This document shows positions 12,431 through 25,995 of a DNA stretch of 64,000 bases, in pieces (position 1 is the first letter of the stretch; each line of letters opens with the position of its first letter). This DNA comes from the human T2T-CHM13v2.0 reference genome, Homo sapiens: the NCBI RefSeq assembly GCF_009914755.1, contig NC_060937.1; one strand, given 5' to 3'. A program made the position numbers and the translations under genes. The notes beneath the pieces are model-generated. The model saw only the letters and a program-made list of their open reading frames with translations. It was not told the DNA's origin and made no database searches.

Positions 12431-14965
12431 TATATAAAACTGTTAGAACTGATAAATTCAGTAAAGTTGCAGGATACAAAATGAACATACAATAATAAAC
12501 CAATAGCATTTCTATGTGCCAAAAGTGTACAGTCTGAAAAAGATATTAGGAAAAAATTCCATTTGCAATAGCTACAAATAAAATTAAATAGATAGGAATT
12601 AACCAAAGAAGTGAAAGATCTCTGTAACAAATCTTTAAAACACTGATGAAAGATATTGAAGAGGACACCAAAAAATGGAAAGGTATTCCATGTTCATAGA
12701 TTAGAGAATCAATATTGTTGAAATGTCCATGCTTCCTAAGGAAATGTACAGATTCAATGTAATGAGTATTTTGATACGTAAATTAGTAAAACTGCTGGGG
12801 AGAACAGTTTGGAGTTTTCTCAAACAACTAAAAATAGTGCTTCCATATGAACAGATTCAATGCAGTCTTCATCAAAATACCAATGGCATTCTTCACAGAA
12901 ATAGAAAAAGCAATCCTAAGGTTTATATAGATTCTCTATCATATATACCAATAGTGTTCTTCTCAGAAATAGAAAAAAAATTCTAAAGTTAATATGGAAC
13001 TACAAAAGAGCCAGAATATCCAAAGCTATCCTAAGCAAAAAGAATAAAACTGGAAAAATAATCACATTGCCTGACTTCAAATTATACTACAAAGCTATAG
13101 TAACCAAAACAGCCTGGTACTGGTATAAAGGCAGACACATGGACGAATGAAATAGAATAAAAAATCCAGAAACAAACCACACATCCATAGTGAACTCATT
13201 TTTGACAATGATGCCAAGAACATACACTGGCAAATGAAATTTCTCCTCAATATGTGGTACTTGAAAAACTAGTTATCCATATGCAGAAGAGAGAAACTAG
13301 ATGCCTATCTTTCACCATATAAAAATATCAAATCAAAATGGATTAAAGACTTAAATCTAAGATCTCATGCTATGAAACTTCTAAAAGAAAACATTGGGAA
13401 AACTCTCCAAGACATTGGACTGGGCAAAGATTTATTGAATAATACCCCACAAGCATGGGCAACCAAAGCAAAAATGGACAAATAAGATCATATCAAGTTT
13501 AAAAGCTTCTCCACAGCAAACAGTCAACAAAGTGAAGGGACAACCCGCAGAATGGAAGAAAATATTTGCAAACCAACCATCTGACAAGGTATTAATAACC
13601 AGAATATATAAGGAGCTCAAACAACTTCATAGGAAAAAAAAGCCTAATAATCCAATTAAAAATGAGCAAATGATATGAATAGATATTTCTCAAAATAATG
13701 CTTACAAATGGCAAACAAGTATATTGAAAAGGTGCTCAAGATTATTGGTCATCAGGGAAATGCAAATCAGAACTACAATGAGATATAATGTCACCCGTGT
13801 TAGAATGTCTTTTATGCCAAAGCCAAGCAATACGGAATCCTAGTCAATATGTGGAGAAAAGGGAACCCTGGTGCACTGTTAGCAGGAATGTAAATTAGTA
13901 AAACTGCTTTGGAAAACAGTTTAGTGGTTTCTCAACCAATTAAAAATAGAGCTCCCATGCTCCCATAGGACCATCAATCCTACTGCTAGGGATACACCCA
14001 AAAGAAAGGAAATCTGTGTATCAAAGAGATGTCTGCACTCACATGTTTAATACAGCACCATTCTAATACAATCATCAAGATTTGGCAGCAATCTAAGATT
14101 CTATTAATAGACGAATGGGTAAAGAAAATGTAGTACCTATGTACAATGGAGTACTACTCAGCCATTGAAAAATATTAGATCTTATCATTTGCAATAACAT
14201 GGATGTATCTGGATGTCATTATGTTAAGTGAAATAAGTCAGGCACAGAAAGACAAACTTCATATGCTCTCATTTATTTGTAGGAGCTAAAAATTAAAACA
14301 ATTGAATTCATTGTGGTAGAGAGCAGAATGATGGTTACCAGAGGCTGGGAAAGGTAGTGGTGAGGGAATGGGGATGGGTACAAAAATATATTTAGATAGA
14401 ATAAGATCTAGCACTGGGCCGGGTGCGGTGGCTCACGCCTGTAATCCCAGCACTTTGGGAGGCCAAGGCGGGCAGATCATGAGGTCAGGAGATCGAGACC
14501 ATCCTGGCTAACATGGTGAAACCCCGTCTCTACTAAAAAATACTAAAAATTAGACAGGTGTGGTGGTGGGTGCCTGTAGTTCCAGCTACTCGGGAGGCTG
14601 AGGCAGGAGAATGGTGTGAACCTGGGAGGCGGTGCTTGCAGTCAGCCAAGATCGAGCCACTGGACTCCAGCCTGGGTGACAGAGCAAGATTCCATCTCAA
14701 AAAAAAAAAAAAAAAAAAAAGATCTAGCACTGGACAGCACAACAGGTGACTACAGTCAACAATAATTTATTGTACATCTAAAAATAACTAAAAAGGTATA
14801 ATCGGATTGTTGGTAACACAATGGAAGTATAAATGCTTGATATGATGGATGCTCCATTTACCCTGATGTGATTATTATGCATTGTATGCCTGTATCAAAA
14901 TGTCACACGTACCCCCTAAATATATACACCTATTACATAAGCACAAAAATTAAAACTTTAAAAAT
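12431..14965 (+). mobile_element. Host L1 (L1MA3-like), 3' part: ORF2 C-terminal half and 3'UTR
   Basis: Resumes aaaactgttagaactgataaattcagtaaagttgcaggatac, the direct continuation of the ORF2 fragment at 4731-4820. 3'UTR has ccatttaccctgatgtgattattatgcattgtatgcctg. Confidence 0.88.
14417..14720 (+). mobile_element. AluY-like with perfect 14-bp TSD
   Basis: Y-type cctggctaac and agaatggtgtgaacc; TSD aagatctagcactg at 14403-14416 and 14719-14732. Confidence 0.97.
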
Positions 14966-16943
14966 AGATAGTAGCCTAACTGTATGTTAAATTTGGTGCA
15001 TACAGGAATATGTAAACCTATTCTTGAAATATTGACTTGTGAAATACTTTAACTGGTAAAATTTGTAGTTCATATTAAAGTATCCCTTATGCTGAAGTGA
15101 TACATATAAGAGTAAATTAGAATATTTTGTGATCTGCACAGATTATCTCCTGTTGATAGAAAATACAGTTCAAATAAATTTATTTTACATAATCAAAGAT
15201 ATACATACTTATTACCATTAAAAATCTTTTAGTTAAGCGGAACTCCTTCTACTCAGAATAGCACAATATCTCATTTTCTATTCTGTTGAGCAGATCTTGG
15301 ATTTAGAAATTAAATTTTAAAGTGTGCCTAATGCATCAGAGTCCCAATTCTGCCTGTTTCTCAGACACACTTATCATCAGGGTGCTTCAGATTTTTTATG
15401 TCTAAATATAGCTTTAAATACATTATTATCTGCAGAAACACTTATTTTTATTTAGTAGAAATTATTGAAAAATAAAGATAAATAATAATGCTTTTCTGAC
15501 TACTGATCTTAAAATTATTTTTGTGGGCACTATTGTAAGGAATTCTTTCATGATATACAGTTAATGTGATGATTTTAAACAGAGAAAAGTATTTCACATC
15601 ATTCTTCCCATCTTTTCACAAACAAGAGACAGCCAAACTTAAGGGAAGTGTCTTTGATGTTGTTGTTCACATGCTTTCCTCCAGGTTCTTAGGAATGTCA
15701 CTTAACTTTTAGTGTTCAGTGTCATACCATCCCTGGAACTCGCTGAGCTTGGCAGCCTTGGCAAGAATCCTTGACAGCTTGTCAAGCCCAAGGCAAATGC
15801 ATGTGATCTTCCCTCCCAGTAATTAATAATTAATTAATGTTCACTAATCTTTAATGAATGGTGGTTTTGAATAATCTAGTCTGGAAAAAAAAAGAAAAAC
15901 AAAGAATTTTTATTGCAAAAGGAACTTTTGCTCAGGACTTTATCAAGTGAAATTAATCCTGGGGCTAATTGTGAAAGTCAATGAAATAAAGCACATAACC
16001 ATGCACAAAACCAGTGACACTATAGTCACAGGACCTCTAAAGAGTTTCTCTTCAGATCAGCTGTAAACTCTTCCTGAGGTCTAAATCACAAAGCACACTT
16101 ACATTCCAAAACAAGATTTTGATTCCTAGAATGGCAAGTTTTCTCTTAAGAATCTAAGTGGCTTTCTGAAACACTGACTTGCACTTGCTATTATCTACTC
16201 TGTCAGAGATAATTTTTCTGGGCAGTAGAAGTCTGGTGAAAAAAGAAAAGAAGAAGAAAAAAAGGCTGATGAAATCACATTTAAAAATATGAATCATTAG
16301 ATATTATTTGTGTTCAGCTTTGTTCTACAGGTATTCACAATGTCTCCAGTTGTAATGACGATGTGCTGAGTACTTACTTGATGGGGAAAAACTGTAATCA
16401 CTTTTTCTTGACATTTGAAGAAATGGTGAAAAGAAGAAAAATGTGTCCCTTAGAACTATTGAAACTAATGACATTCCCCAGTGCTGGGGAAATAATGCTC
16501 CTGCTTATGTAGAAATCATTTCAGAATTTCTCAATGCAGGAAGAAGATAATGCTTTTACAATCACTGCAAATAACAGAAGAGGTAACTAAGCTTATCATA
16601 CATATATGAATATGCATCAAGGCTTGTAGATACAAATATACAGTTATTCCTATCTTCTCTAGCTGACATCATACACAATGTTATATTGGAAGACATAATT
16701 CCCTCAGTAATATTGTACTGAACAGAAGGATTAAATCCTTCAGGCTCCTCCTACTGTCTACCTTGCAAATCTTAGCCTATTCAGTTTTGCATTGTAATGC
16801 TGACTTTTCCACCTTTGCCAAATGTTTTTTTGGTTGATCTCCACCTTCAAAACCCCTACTCTCTGCAAATCTTTCAAATTCTTATATCTTAAAAATTTAC
16901 ATCAAAATGAAATTATTATTCATAGGTGAATTTAAGCATAAAA

Positions 16944-17000
16944 ATTTCCTCTTTTCATTTCATTTATCCTCTTTTCATTTTCATTCATTTCCTCTTTTCA
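16944..17000. repeat. Short imperfect tandem repeat (tcctcttttca x3)
   Basis: Direct reading. Confidence 0.75.
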
Positions 17001-20000
17001 AATAATAAATATAAAATAATGTAAAAATATGTCATTTTACCCTATCTAATATATTGCCTTTAATTTTCCTAAAGAAGGTCTTTTTATTGTAATGTGTATG
17101 TGTGTTGCTTCTTTGGGCAAATCTTGTGTGGTATAGAGACAAATAATAGATTAGAGTTGAACGAGATTGGTGGTGGTGGTTTTTATGCTGTGATCTCTGT
17201 AGATACTTTCTATATTAATGAATGGAAACCATTTAATCTTTCTAAATGTCATATCAACTTATGAGATAACAATAACTCAATAAAATATAAATAATGAAAT
17301 AGTATAATGTATATTAAAGCACTTGTAGTTTGAGAGGCAAAACAGAAATTTTCATTGTACACTTCTCATACATCATTGCTTTATGTTGTTTTAAAACTCA
17401 CCGTTAAATTTCCATGGAGTTAGATAAATCATATTAAACATACATTAACTCTAAAATTTAATTTTAATAAATCACGGATATGAACAAGGAAGCCAGGTGC
17501 TGATTAAAAATTTGCCAATTTTTGTCAAAGGTGGTAGAAGCATATTAATAGCATTTCAAGTCCTGTTTATATTTTTTATTATTATTAAAGCTAAACAACA
17601 TTTGTAAATGTTTATTAGCTGTAAATACTTAGGGAAACTGGTGTTTGGTTAAATTAATATTACATATCTATATTACAGACTAGTACGTGAATATTCTAAA
17701 CTTATTGTAAGATTATAAGCATACATTGCTTGGGGAAGATGTTACCAAATACTTTTATGACTAAATGTAGACTAAGAAACAACGTTTTCAATATAAATAT
17801 GTTGTTGTAATTTGCATATATATATAAAATACACTAAAAATTGTTATATGAGCATGATGACAATAATAGTAATTTCATGATTTCATTTTGCATTTGTACT
17901 TATGATTTTTTCACAATGCATAGTTAAATATTTATAATGACAAAAACATTAGAAATCAATGGCACATGGAAACATTTAGATCAAAATATCTATAGAAATT
18001 ATTTCTTTTTATTAGGAGCTCTGATATTCTAATGTAATCATTATTAACAACTTTTCTATTGTTTTTAAACTAGAAAAATTAGTAAAAACATTTAAAATAT
18101 AGTTTTTGAGTCTAAAAGATGTAAATAACTGGGAGATTATGTGAATTCACTTGTAAAAAATTTGAAAGCTTTGGAGTGAGAACTGAAAACACAAGCATAG
18201 TTCTGACCAATTTGTATTTGCATATACACTGAACAAAATATATTATACATTAATCAATAAGCCATACAAATAGCAATCAAGGCACTAAAGAAATAACACA
18301 CCTTTGTAAATAAAGGCATTTAAGAAGACAATTCTACTTGTATTGCCTTTTTTTGTGTGCACATTATTTCTTATTTGAAATTACAAGCTTTTCAGAAAGA
18401 CATATTGGTCTAATACTTCCATCTTCCATCATGCCTGTCTCATTGCTTTGTAACCATAAGATAGTCAATTACACTATAATTAGTTATCCTTTTATAATTT
18501 CATTTTTAAAAATTCTTACATACTTAATCAGACACTTTTACATAAATATAATTAAAATAGAAGATTTTTCAAGTTTGCCTCTTAGGTCACAATCTAAGAA
18601 AGAAATAATAAACAGACCCAGGGATCCTTTATTCTAAGATCCTGAATTACTATTTTTTTCTAACCATGAAAAAATAATCACGCGTTCTCATCTCTCATAG
18701 TAAAATAAAATATTTGTCTTTTGTTTGTAACAAAAATAAAACACATAATTTTCTGTGCCAAACAACTCCTTACATGTTTAATTATTTTTATACATATTGT
18801 AATATTTGATCCTTATATAATCATTGTCAGCTAGACAGGACAGGTGCTACTGGCTCTATTTTTTAATAGGAAAACTAAAAGATTATATGATTGCAGTATA
18901 AGTGCTTATCTCTTCACTTATAAGAAATTTATAGTTATTACAGACTTACACTCTTCCTTCAACATGCAGTAGCTTGTGGATATTACTTGTGCCACTGTTA
19001 ACAGATATTTACATTTTATTACTCTGTCAAAATTAATTATAGATCATTTTATACGATAAATTTAATACTATTACAACATTGAACCTTATATGACTATTTG
19101 AATTGAGAGGCTTATTGTCAATGCTAGAAATGAAATACATGAATCATTGTGTAAGATAAATTAAATCCTAAAACCACATCAAATTTTATAATGTAAATTG
19201 AGCTGAGGGATTAAAATGGAGCTGTAAAAATTATAATCAAAATAATATTTTACCTATTCATTTATTTCTATATGCATTCTTATAAATCATAATTACAAGT
19301 ATACTTTTTAGGAACTTGGTCCATTGAACAAAGTAATAGGTAATATTGATATGCAGAGAATAATAATGAATATTATTAACTACTTCCACAACAGATAGAT
19401 CACTGTTTAGAAGTTGGGGAATAAGATTAAGAAACACAAGGAAAATAATAATTTAAAAAATTCAGAGTTTTGTATCCTCTATTTACAGCATTGTTAAACC
19501 AAATAAGTGTCTTTCCTTTGTTAAATTGGAAAATAAAATCAAGAGAGCACAAAGCTTTAAAACAAATATTGCAAAATAAAGACAGAAAAGTAAAAGAAAG
19601 ATGTCATACCATGACTAAATTTCTTGAGGAACTTTAAATATAATATTCCTCATATTTTTTATTATATATACTAGAATTTATCTTAAATTGAGCTGGCCTA
19701 ATAAGTCTGACCTTAAAATTATATCCCTAAGGCATCCATATACAATTCTGTTAATTTTTTTCTTTTTATGTGATCACGTTGGTTTTGTGTAAAACATTAA
19801 AATATGACATAAAGTATCTATTTCTACTTTTATTGGAGATATTATAATTTAAATATTGATGAAGGTGTGCTGCGCTGTGTTGCACCTGGGGGCCTCACAG
19901 GGACAGAAGCTCTGGGAGCCTGGAGGTAGGACAGGTAAGGAGTTCTCCCAGCAGCCCCAACTCTGGGGACAACCTCACCTCCCCCATATGTAACCATGTG

Positions 20001-20689
20001 TCTGGCACTGCTCCTATTTCACCTTTTGTCTTCTGCTAACAACACTATGATCCTGGCAGTCTCCTTCTGCAGGTAGACAAACGTTTGCACAGGGCATTAT
20101 ACTGAATCCATATCCAAAGGGCACTGTTTCCAAGAGCATGTCCTAAGAGTCAGCATAACAGTCATTGCACTGAAAATAGTTTTCACCCTCACCTGAACTA
20201 AAGGCTCAGGATCATGTGTGATCTTATTCCTTGCAATTTAAAATAAAGACAAAGACAGTGGCCAGAGAGAAAGCAGATTGGTTTCTTCCTGGAAAAGGCC
20301 TCCATCTGAACTGCACCCACCGAGACTGCAGCTCAAAGGTAATGCATCAGCAGGTCAATGAGCGACTGACTGATCTCCAGTCTGCAAAGTCGCAAAATGA
20401 AGTCCTGCAACAGGTTCAGGAGGTCCTGTAGCAAAAAGCTTCAAAGTGTTGGTCTCTGATGCAAAGTCAACTTGACCTGAAAAAAGCGATAAATTCAATA
20501 TGGCTGCTCTTGAATGAAAATAGATCCCTGATCTGAAAATGTATTCCTTTTTTCCTAGTTCATCTTTTAAATAAAAATGAGTGGACCAATATGTCCTTAT
20601 ACAATAAGGAATCAATGTGTCCTGATAGGAAAACTAAATTTTAAAATTATTTTTGCATTGTAACTCATGTAGTTACAATAATTATAATA

Positions 20690-21410
20690 TTTTGACTCTA
20701 TTTTTTAAATTTAAAAATTTTAAAATATTTATAAACTCACAAGATGTTGCAAAACAATACAGAGAAGTGTCATGTAGTCTTTAGATAACTTCTACCAAAG
20801 GTAACATCCTACCTAATTGTTAAGCACGGTATCAAAACTAGACAATTCATTTTGCCACCAGACAATTAACCTGAGGTTAGACACTGCTTGGAGTTCAGGA
20901 GTTTCTTTTTTTTTAATTATTAAATGTTTATTTTAAGTTCAGGGGTACATATGCAGGTTTGTTATTATATGTATACTGTGTCATAGGGGTTTGTTGTACA
21001 GATTGTTTCATTACCTAGGTGTTAAGCCTAGTATACATTAACTATTTCTTCTGATCCTCCCCCTCCTCCCAGCCTCCTCCACTCTACAGTAGGCCCCGGT
21101 GTGTGTCTTCCTTGATGTATCCATATGTTCTCATCATCAAGCTCCCACTTATAAGTGAGAAAATGCAGTATTTGGTTTTCTTATCCTGAGTTGGTTTTCT
21201 GAGGATAATAGCTTCCAACTCTATCCATGTCCCTGCAAATGACATGATCTCATTCTTTTTTATGGCTGCATAGTATTCAATGGTGTATATCTACCACATA
21301 TTCTTTATCCAGTCTATCATTGATGGGCATTTAGGTTGATTCCACATGTTTTCTATTTGATTTCACAAGTTTTTATATGTACTCATGTGTGTGTCTATGT
21401 AAGGCCTATG
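20690..21410 (-). mobile_element. Old L1MC/ME 3' end fragment split by a younger L1PA
   Basis: ctcacaagatgttgcaaaacaatacagagaag...ggtaacatc...atcaaaactag, resuming near 21358 with gatttcacaagttttt. Confidence 0.55.
20905..21357 (-). mobile_element. 5'-truncated L1PA (about L1PA13) 3' end
   Basis: T-rich tail, then ttttaagttcaggggtacatatgcaggtttgtt...gctcccacttataagtgaga...ttttttatggctgcatagtattc. Confidence 0.88.
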
Positions 21411-21493
21411 AAACTCAAATATTCAAGCATTTAAATTTCATAGAGCTATATATTTTAAATAAAATGAACAAAATAATCTACTAATAATCGTGA

Positions 21494-21789
21494 TTTTTTT
21501 TTTTTTTTTTTGAGACAGAGTCTCGCTCTGTCGCCCAGGCTGGAGCGCAGTGGCATAATCTGGCTCACTGCAACCTCCACCTCACAGTTTCAACCAATTC
21601 TCCTGTCTCAGCCTCCCGAGTAGCTGGGATTACAGGTGCACGCCACCACACCCAGCTAATTTTTGTATTTTTAGTAGAGATGGGGTTTCACCATGTTAGC
21701 CAGGATGCTCTAGGTCTCTTGATCTCATGATCCACCCCTGGGCCTTCCAAAGTGCTGTGATTACAAGTGTGAGCCACTGTGCCCCAGCC
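21494..21789 (-). mobile_element. AluS
   Basis: Poly-T followed by a full reverse-complement Alu dimer. Confidence 0.95.
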
Positions 21790-21797
21790 AATAATGA

Positions 21798-22091
<294 letters not shown>

Positions 22092-22140
22092 CGTGATATT
22101 TTTTAATCAGGTTGTTTTCATGTATTGAGTTGCTGTAATG

Positions 22141-22476
22141 GTACAATGGTGGTCACCAGGGACTGTGCTGATTGAGGGTACAGGAGTGTTTGGGGAAATA
22201 TTCATCAAAAGATAACAAAATTTCAGTTAGATAAGAAGAATAAATTCAAGAGATCCATTGTGTAACATGATGAATATAGTTAATAATATATTACAGTCTC
22301 AAAAAATATTAACAGTGAATGTAAAGTACTCTTACCACAAAATGAAAACTATATGAGATAATGCATATGTTAATTCACTAAATTTAGTCATTCCACATCG
22401 TATATATACTTCAAAACACCATATAGTATACAACAAATATATAAAATGTTATCTGCCAATTTTAAAAATAAAAAAT
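22141..22476 (+). mobile_element. L1MA (about L1MA6-7) 3'UTR fragment
   Basis: caaaatttcagttagataagaagaataaattcaagagatc...gtcattccacatcgtatatatacttcaaaaca, ending in an A-rich tail. Confidence 0.82.
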
Positions 22477-23337
22477 ATATCCTCCCAAATTAGTTTATAA
22501 AAATAGTGTAAAGAAAATGAAATGGGATTTAAAACTGCTGACATAAAGAATAATAATTATGCTAAATTTTTTGGCTTATTTGGTGTGAGATAGGAATTAC
22601 ATTTAATGCTAAATAGGCTACAGTTACCTATGTTGAGATAACTACCCTGTATTACACTAGGAAATAAAGCACTAATTTTTGTTGGATCAACATTATGGTT
22701 GCTGATTATAATTGAAGCAACCCAGTAACAATGTAGAAGAGAATTATGTAAAATACGTAATTTGTGATGTTAAAAATCCAGCATAAATTTTGTCACCCTT
22801 CACCAAATCTATTTGCCAATCAGAGACTGCATATCAAATCCTCATTTGACAATATTTTGCTACAGGAAAATATATTAAGTTTTCTATTCCAAGTATAGTA
22901 GTATGAGTGAGAATTTCTGGAAAGAAAGAATTTGAAGAGAAAAAATGAATGGAGAATGAGCATGAAGTACCAGACATTGATTACTCTAACAAAAGAACCA
23001 AATTAACCAAAGTTGTATCTTTGTAAATCAAAGATTTGTATGTTATTCTAACCATGGCATATGATTGTTTTGTTTTTGGAGAGGGTAACAGTAAAAATAA
23101 ATGTCTTAGTGTCTATGATTTATTTACATTCTTAAAACTATCCCTGGAGTCAAGTCTATTCCAAAAACCATGTAAGAATTTTTGGTGTTTCTATAAGCAA
23201 TGTATGTATTTGCTCCCCTCCAGGCCTGTGTTGATGTCTCTTCAGCGTCTTTCTGATAATCTAAAGCAAATTCAACTTTAGACTTTTCAGAGAGCTCATT
23301 ACTCCCTGACATCTTGGATCCTTGTAAGATTCCAGTT

Positions 23338-23496
23338 TCTTTTTTCTTTTTCTCGTTCTCTTGCCCACGCTAGCGTGTAGTGTCACAATCACAGCTCACT
23401 GCAGCCTCAACTCCCCAAGCTCAAGCGATCCCCCCCGCCTGAGCTTCCCAAGTAGCTGGAATTAGAGGTGCATGCCATCACAACTGGCTAAATTTG
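23338..23496 (-). mobile_element. Old Alu monomer (FRAM or AluJ right arm)
   Basis: cacaatcacagctcactgcagcctcaactcc...gctcaagcgatcc...agtagctgg...ggctaa; single arm, diverged. Confidence 0.8.
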
Positions 23497-23961
23497 TTAA
23501 GATTTCAGTTTCTTTATAAGAGTTTTTCTGCAGCTTTTATAGTGTGGAAAAGTATAAAATTATTGTCTCATATTTTATTGTCTTGAATATCTTCCAGAAG
23601 TTACTTTATTATCTTCTGTTATAAGAGATGCTGTCAAAAATGATAATGATTTCATTTTATCTCATTTTTAATTGAGTTGACGTTATTGCCTGGAGGCCAA
23701 AGATAATTATTTTTTTCTTTAAAATCTAATGATTTTACCATCATATTTCTGTTGGCCTTCTGGGTCATTTTCCCTCATAATAGTTTGCTTTTTCATTATG
23801 TATTTTCCAGTAATTTTTTTTCAGAATAATTTTATTGAATCATAGTTTGTAGTACTTGTTCTCTTCCATTGCATTAATTTTTTTCCATGAATATTCCTAT
23901 GTAAACATGTTATTTTTCTATTTTGTCTCTCTTTCAATATATTCTCTTTTTGAATAATCCC

Positions 23962-24393
23962 TTTTTCCTTTTGTTTTTAATTGACATAATAATTGTACAT
24001 CACATATGGGGTACAGTGTGATAGTTTAATGTGTATACAATGTGTTAATAGTCAAAGCAAGGTAATTGGCATATCAATCATCTCAAACATTTTTGGTGTT
24101 GTGAACATTTAAAATCCTTTATTCTAGTTTTTTGAAATATACAATACATTATAGTTAACCATATTCACCCTATAGTGCTGCAGAACACCAGAACTCAGTC
24201 CTCCTATCTAGCTGTAACTTTGTATCACTTGATCTTAGCCAAAAGGCCAAGAAGTGACAACTTTGCATCATTTAACCAATCTCTTCTTTTCCCCCTCCCG
24301 CTACCCTTCCCAAGCTCTACATGATTCTACTCTTCCCTTCCATGAGCTCAAAATATTTTTTTAGCTTCCACATATGGATGAGAATATGTGGTT
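23962..24393 (-). mobile_element. L1MA 3'UTR fragment (host of the U2 retrocopy)
   Basis: ttaattgacataataattgtacat...ggggtacagtgtgat...cagaacaccagaactc...ttagcttccacatatggatgagaatatg. Confidence 0.85.
24226..24258 (-). pseudogene. 3'-truncated, tailless U2 snRNA retropseudogene (about U2 nt 1-33)
   Basis: Minus strand TCACTTCTTGGCCTTTTGGCTAAGATCAAGTG versus U2 ATCGCTTCTCGGCCTTTTGGCTAAGATCAAGTG; both internal differences are CpG transitions. Flanked by aactttgtatca (24216-24227) and aactttgcatca (24259-24270). Confidence 0.93.
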
Positions 24394-25887
24394 TTGGAGC
24401 AGGGGTAGCAATGAGAGAGGAGCCCCAATTTTAAGGAAAATATGTAAACTGGAAAATATTTGTGTATAATCGTAAGATAATAAAAAAGAACAGACAGGAA
24501 GAAGTTGAAGACATGGGAGAAACACATAATAGTTATCCAAGTCAAATTCGTGATGATGAAAGAAGATGGTTATGAGAGCTCAGAAATCGGGCCTGCGGGT
24601 CTTAAACAGGAGAAGCCAGCATGTCGGAGTTTGAAGAAAAGGCAGTATGAATGTGTATATGTGTACATAGATTTGCAGAAAGGGTCAATATTTTGAAATA
24701 GTTTATACTTAATGGCTAGTCAATAAGATCATCTAAATGGTATGTTAGTGAAGAGGGATGGACGGATAACTTAATGAGAATGATGAAGATTCTGAGTAAC
24801 ATACATGTAAACAGGGAGAAAAATCATAGGAAAAAAATTGGAATGGTTTTCAAGTGTCACTAAGAACTCTTTTGCAGTCCAGGACAATTAATTTATCCCA
24901 GAACTAACCTGCATTGTTAACAGATTAGCTCAAGCAGCACCTAAAAGCTTAGGTGTAGTATGAAATAAAATATACTACAGATCTGAAACATTTATAGATA
25001 AAATATATGATCATGATAGGAGTACAATAAGTAACTTCACCTTAAGTTTATTCTTAATTTATTTGCATAGATGCCATTGTTCATAATTTTTTAAAGTATG
25101 CTCATATTACCTATCTGGTAATATGGTAAACTATGCTCATATACCTATACTCTGGGTTTATTTTATTAGCAAATTATTCTATTGGAAAATGACTTAAATA
25201 GACACTTATTAATACTATATTTTATTTCCTGAGGAAGAAAGGAAATTAATTGTCTAAGTCATTATTCATATGCCTTTATATAGCCTCATAGACTAATTAT
25301 CAAATGAATCTATCAGAATGACTTCATTGCATCTTCAATTTTGAACTGTAAAATATTCTTTTACAGTTTAGGCATAAATACAGGTTATGCTATATAGTTA
25401 GACCACCATTATGTTTATCTATAGATCTATAAATATCGTACTTTGTGAAACTACCACAATGAGACTTTCTTAATAATAAGTGTAGAAATACTTTACAATG
25501 GTAATTTCTCATTTAATCTATAATTAACCAATAAATATGACAGAAGACCATTTTACTTGAGTGCCAATAATTAGTGATTTTATATTTATATGATTTAGTA
25601 AATGAGACAGATCATCTACTGCTAGTGATAATTTCATTCTACAAATTCTGCAAACTCAGAAGTTTATAGCTCCTTTAGAGACACTAAACCCTACAGTTTA
25701 TCACCTTAAGCAATAATCTGGACACTATAATAAAATAATCTATTGGGAGAAGTAATCTCACTTTCAAAAGAAATCTGACATTAGGTTAATTAGTTGAGGA
25801 AGAAGGTAAGCTTACTTGATTTCCCTTTTCACCTATGCCTCTCAGCTTCATAACTCACCTTAAGATTGATGAGTCTACATATTACAG

Positions 25888-25935
25888 CTATATATGTCTA
25901 TGTATATGAATATATAAATATATATATATATATAT
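25888..25935. repeat. (TA)n-rich microsatellite
   Basis: Direct reading. Confidence 0.85.
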
Positions 25936-25995
25936 TCATTTCAGCCCATTTTCTAGGCAGAGAGTCTGATAAATATATAAATGGTTTTGACTTCT

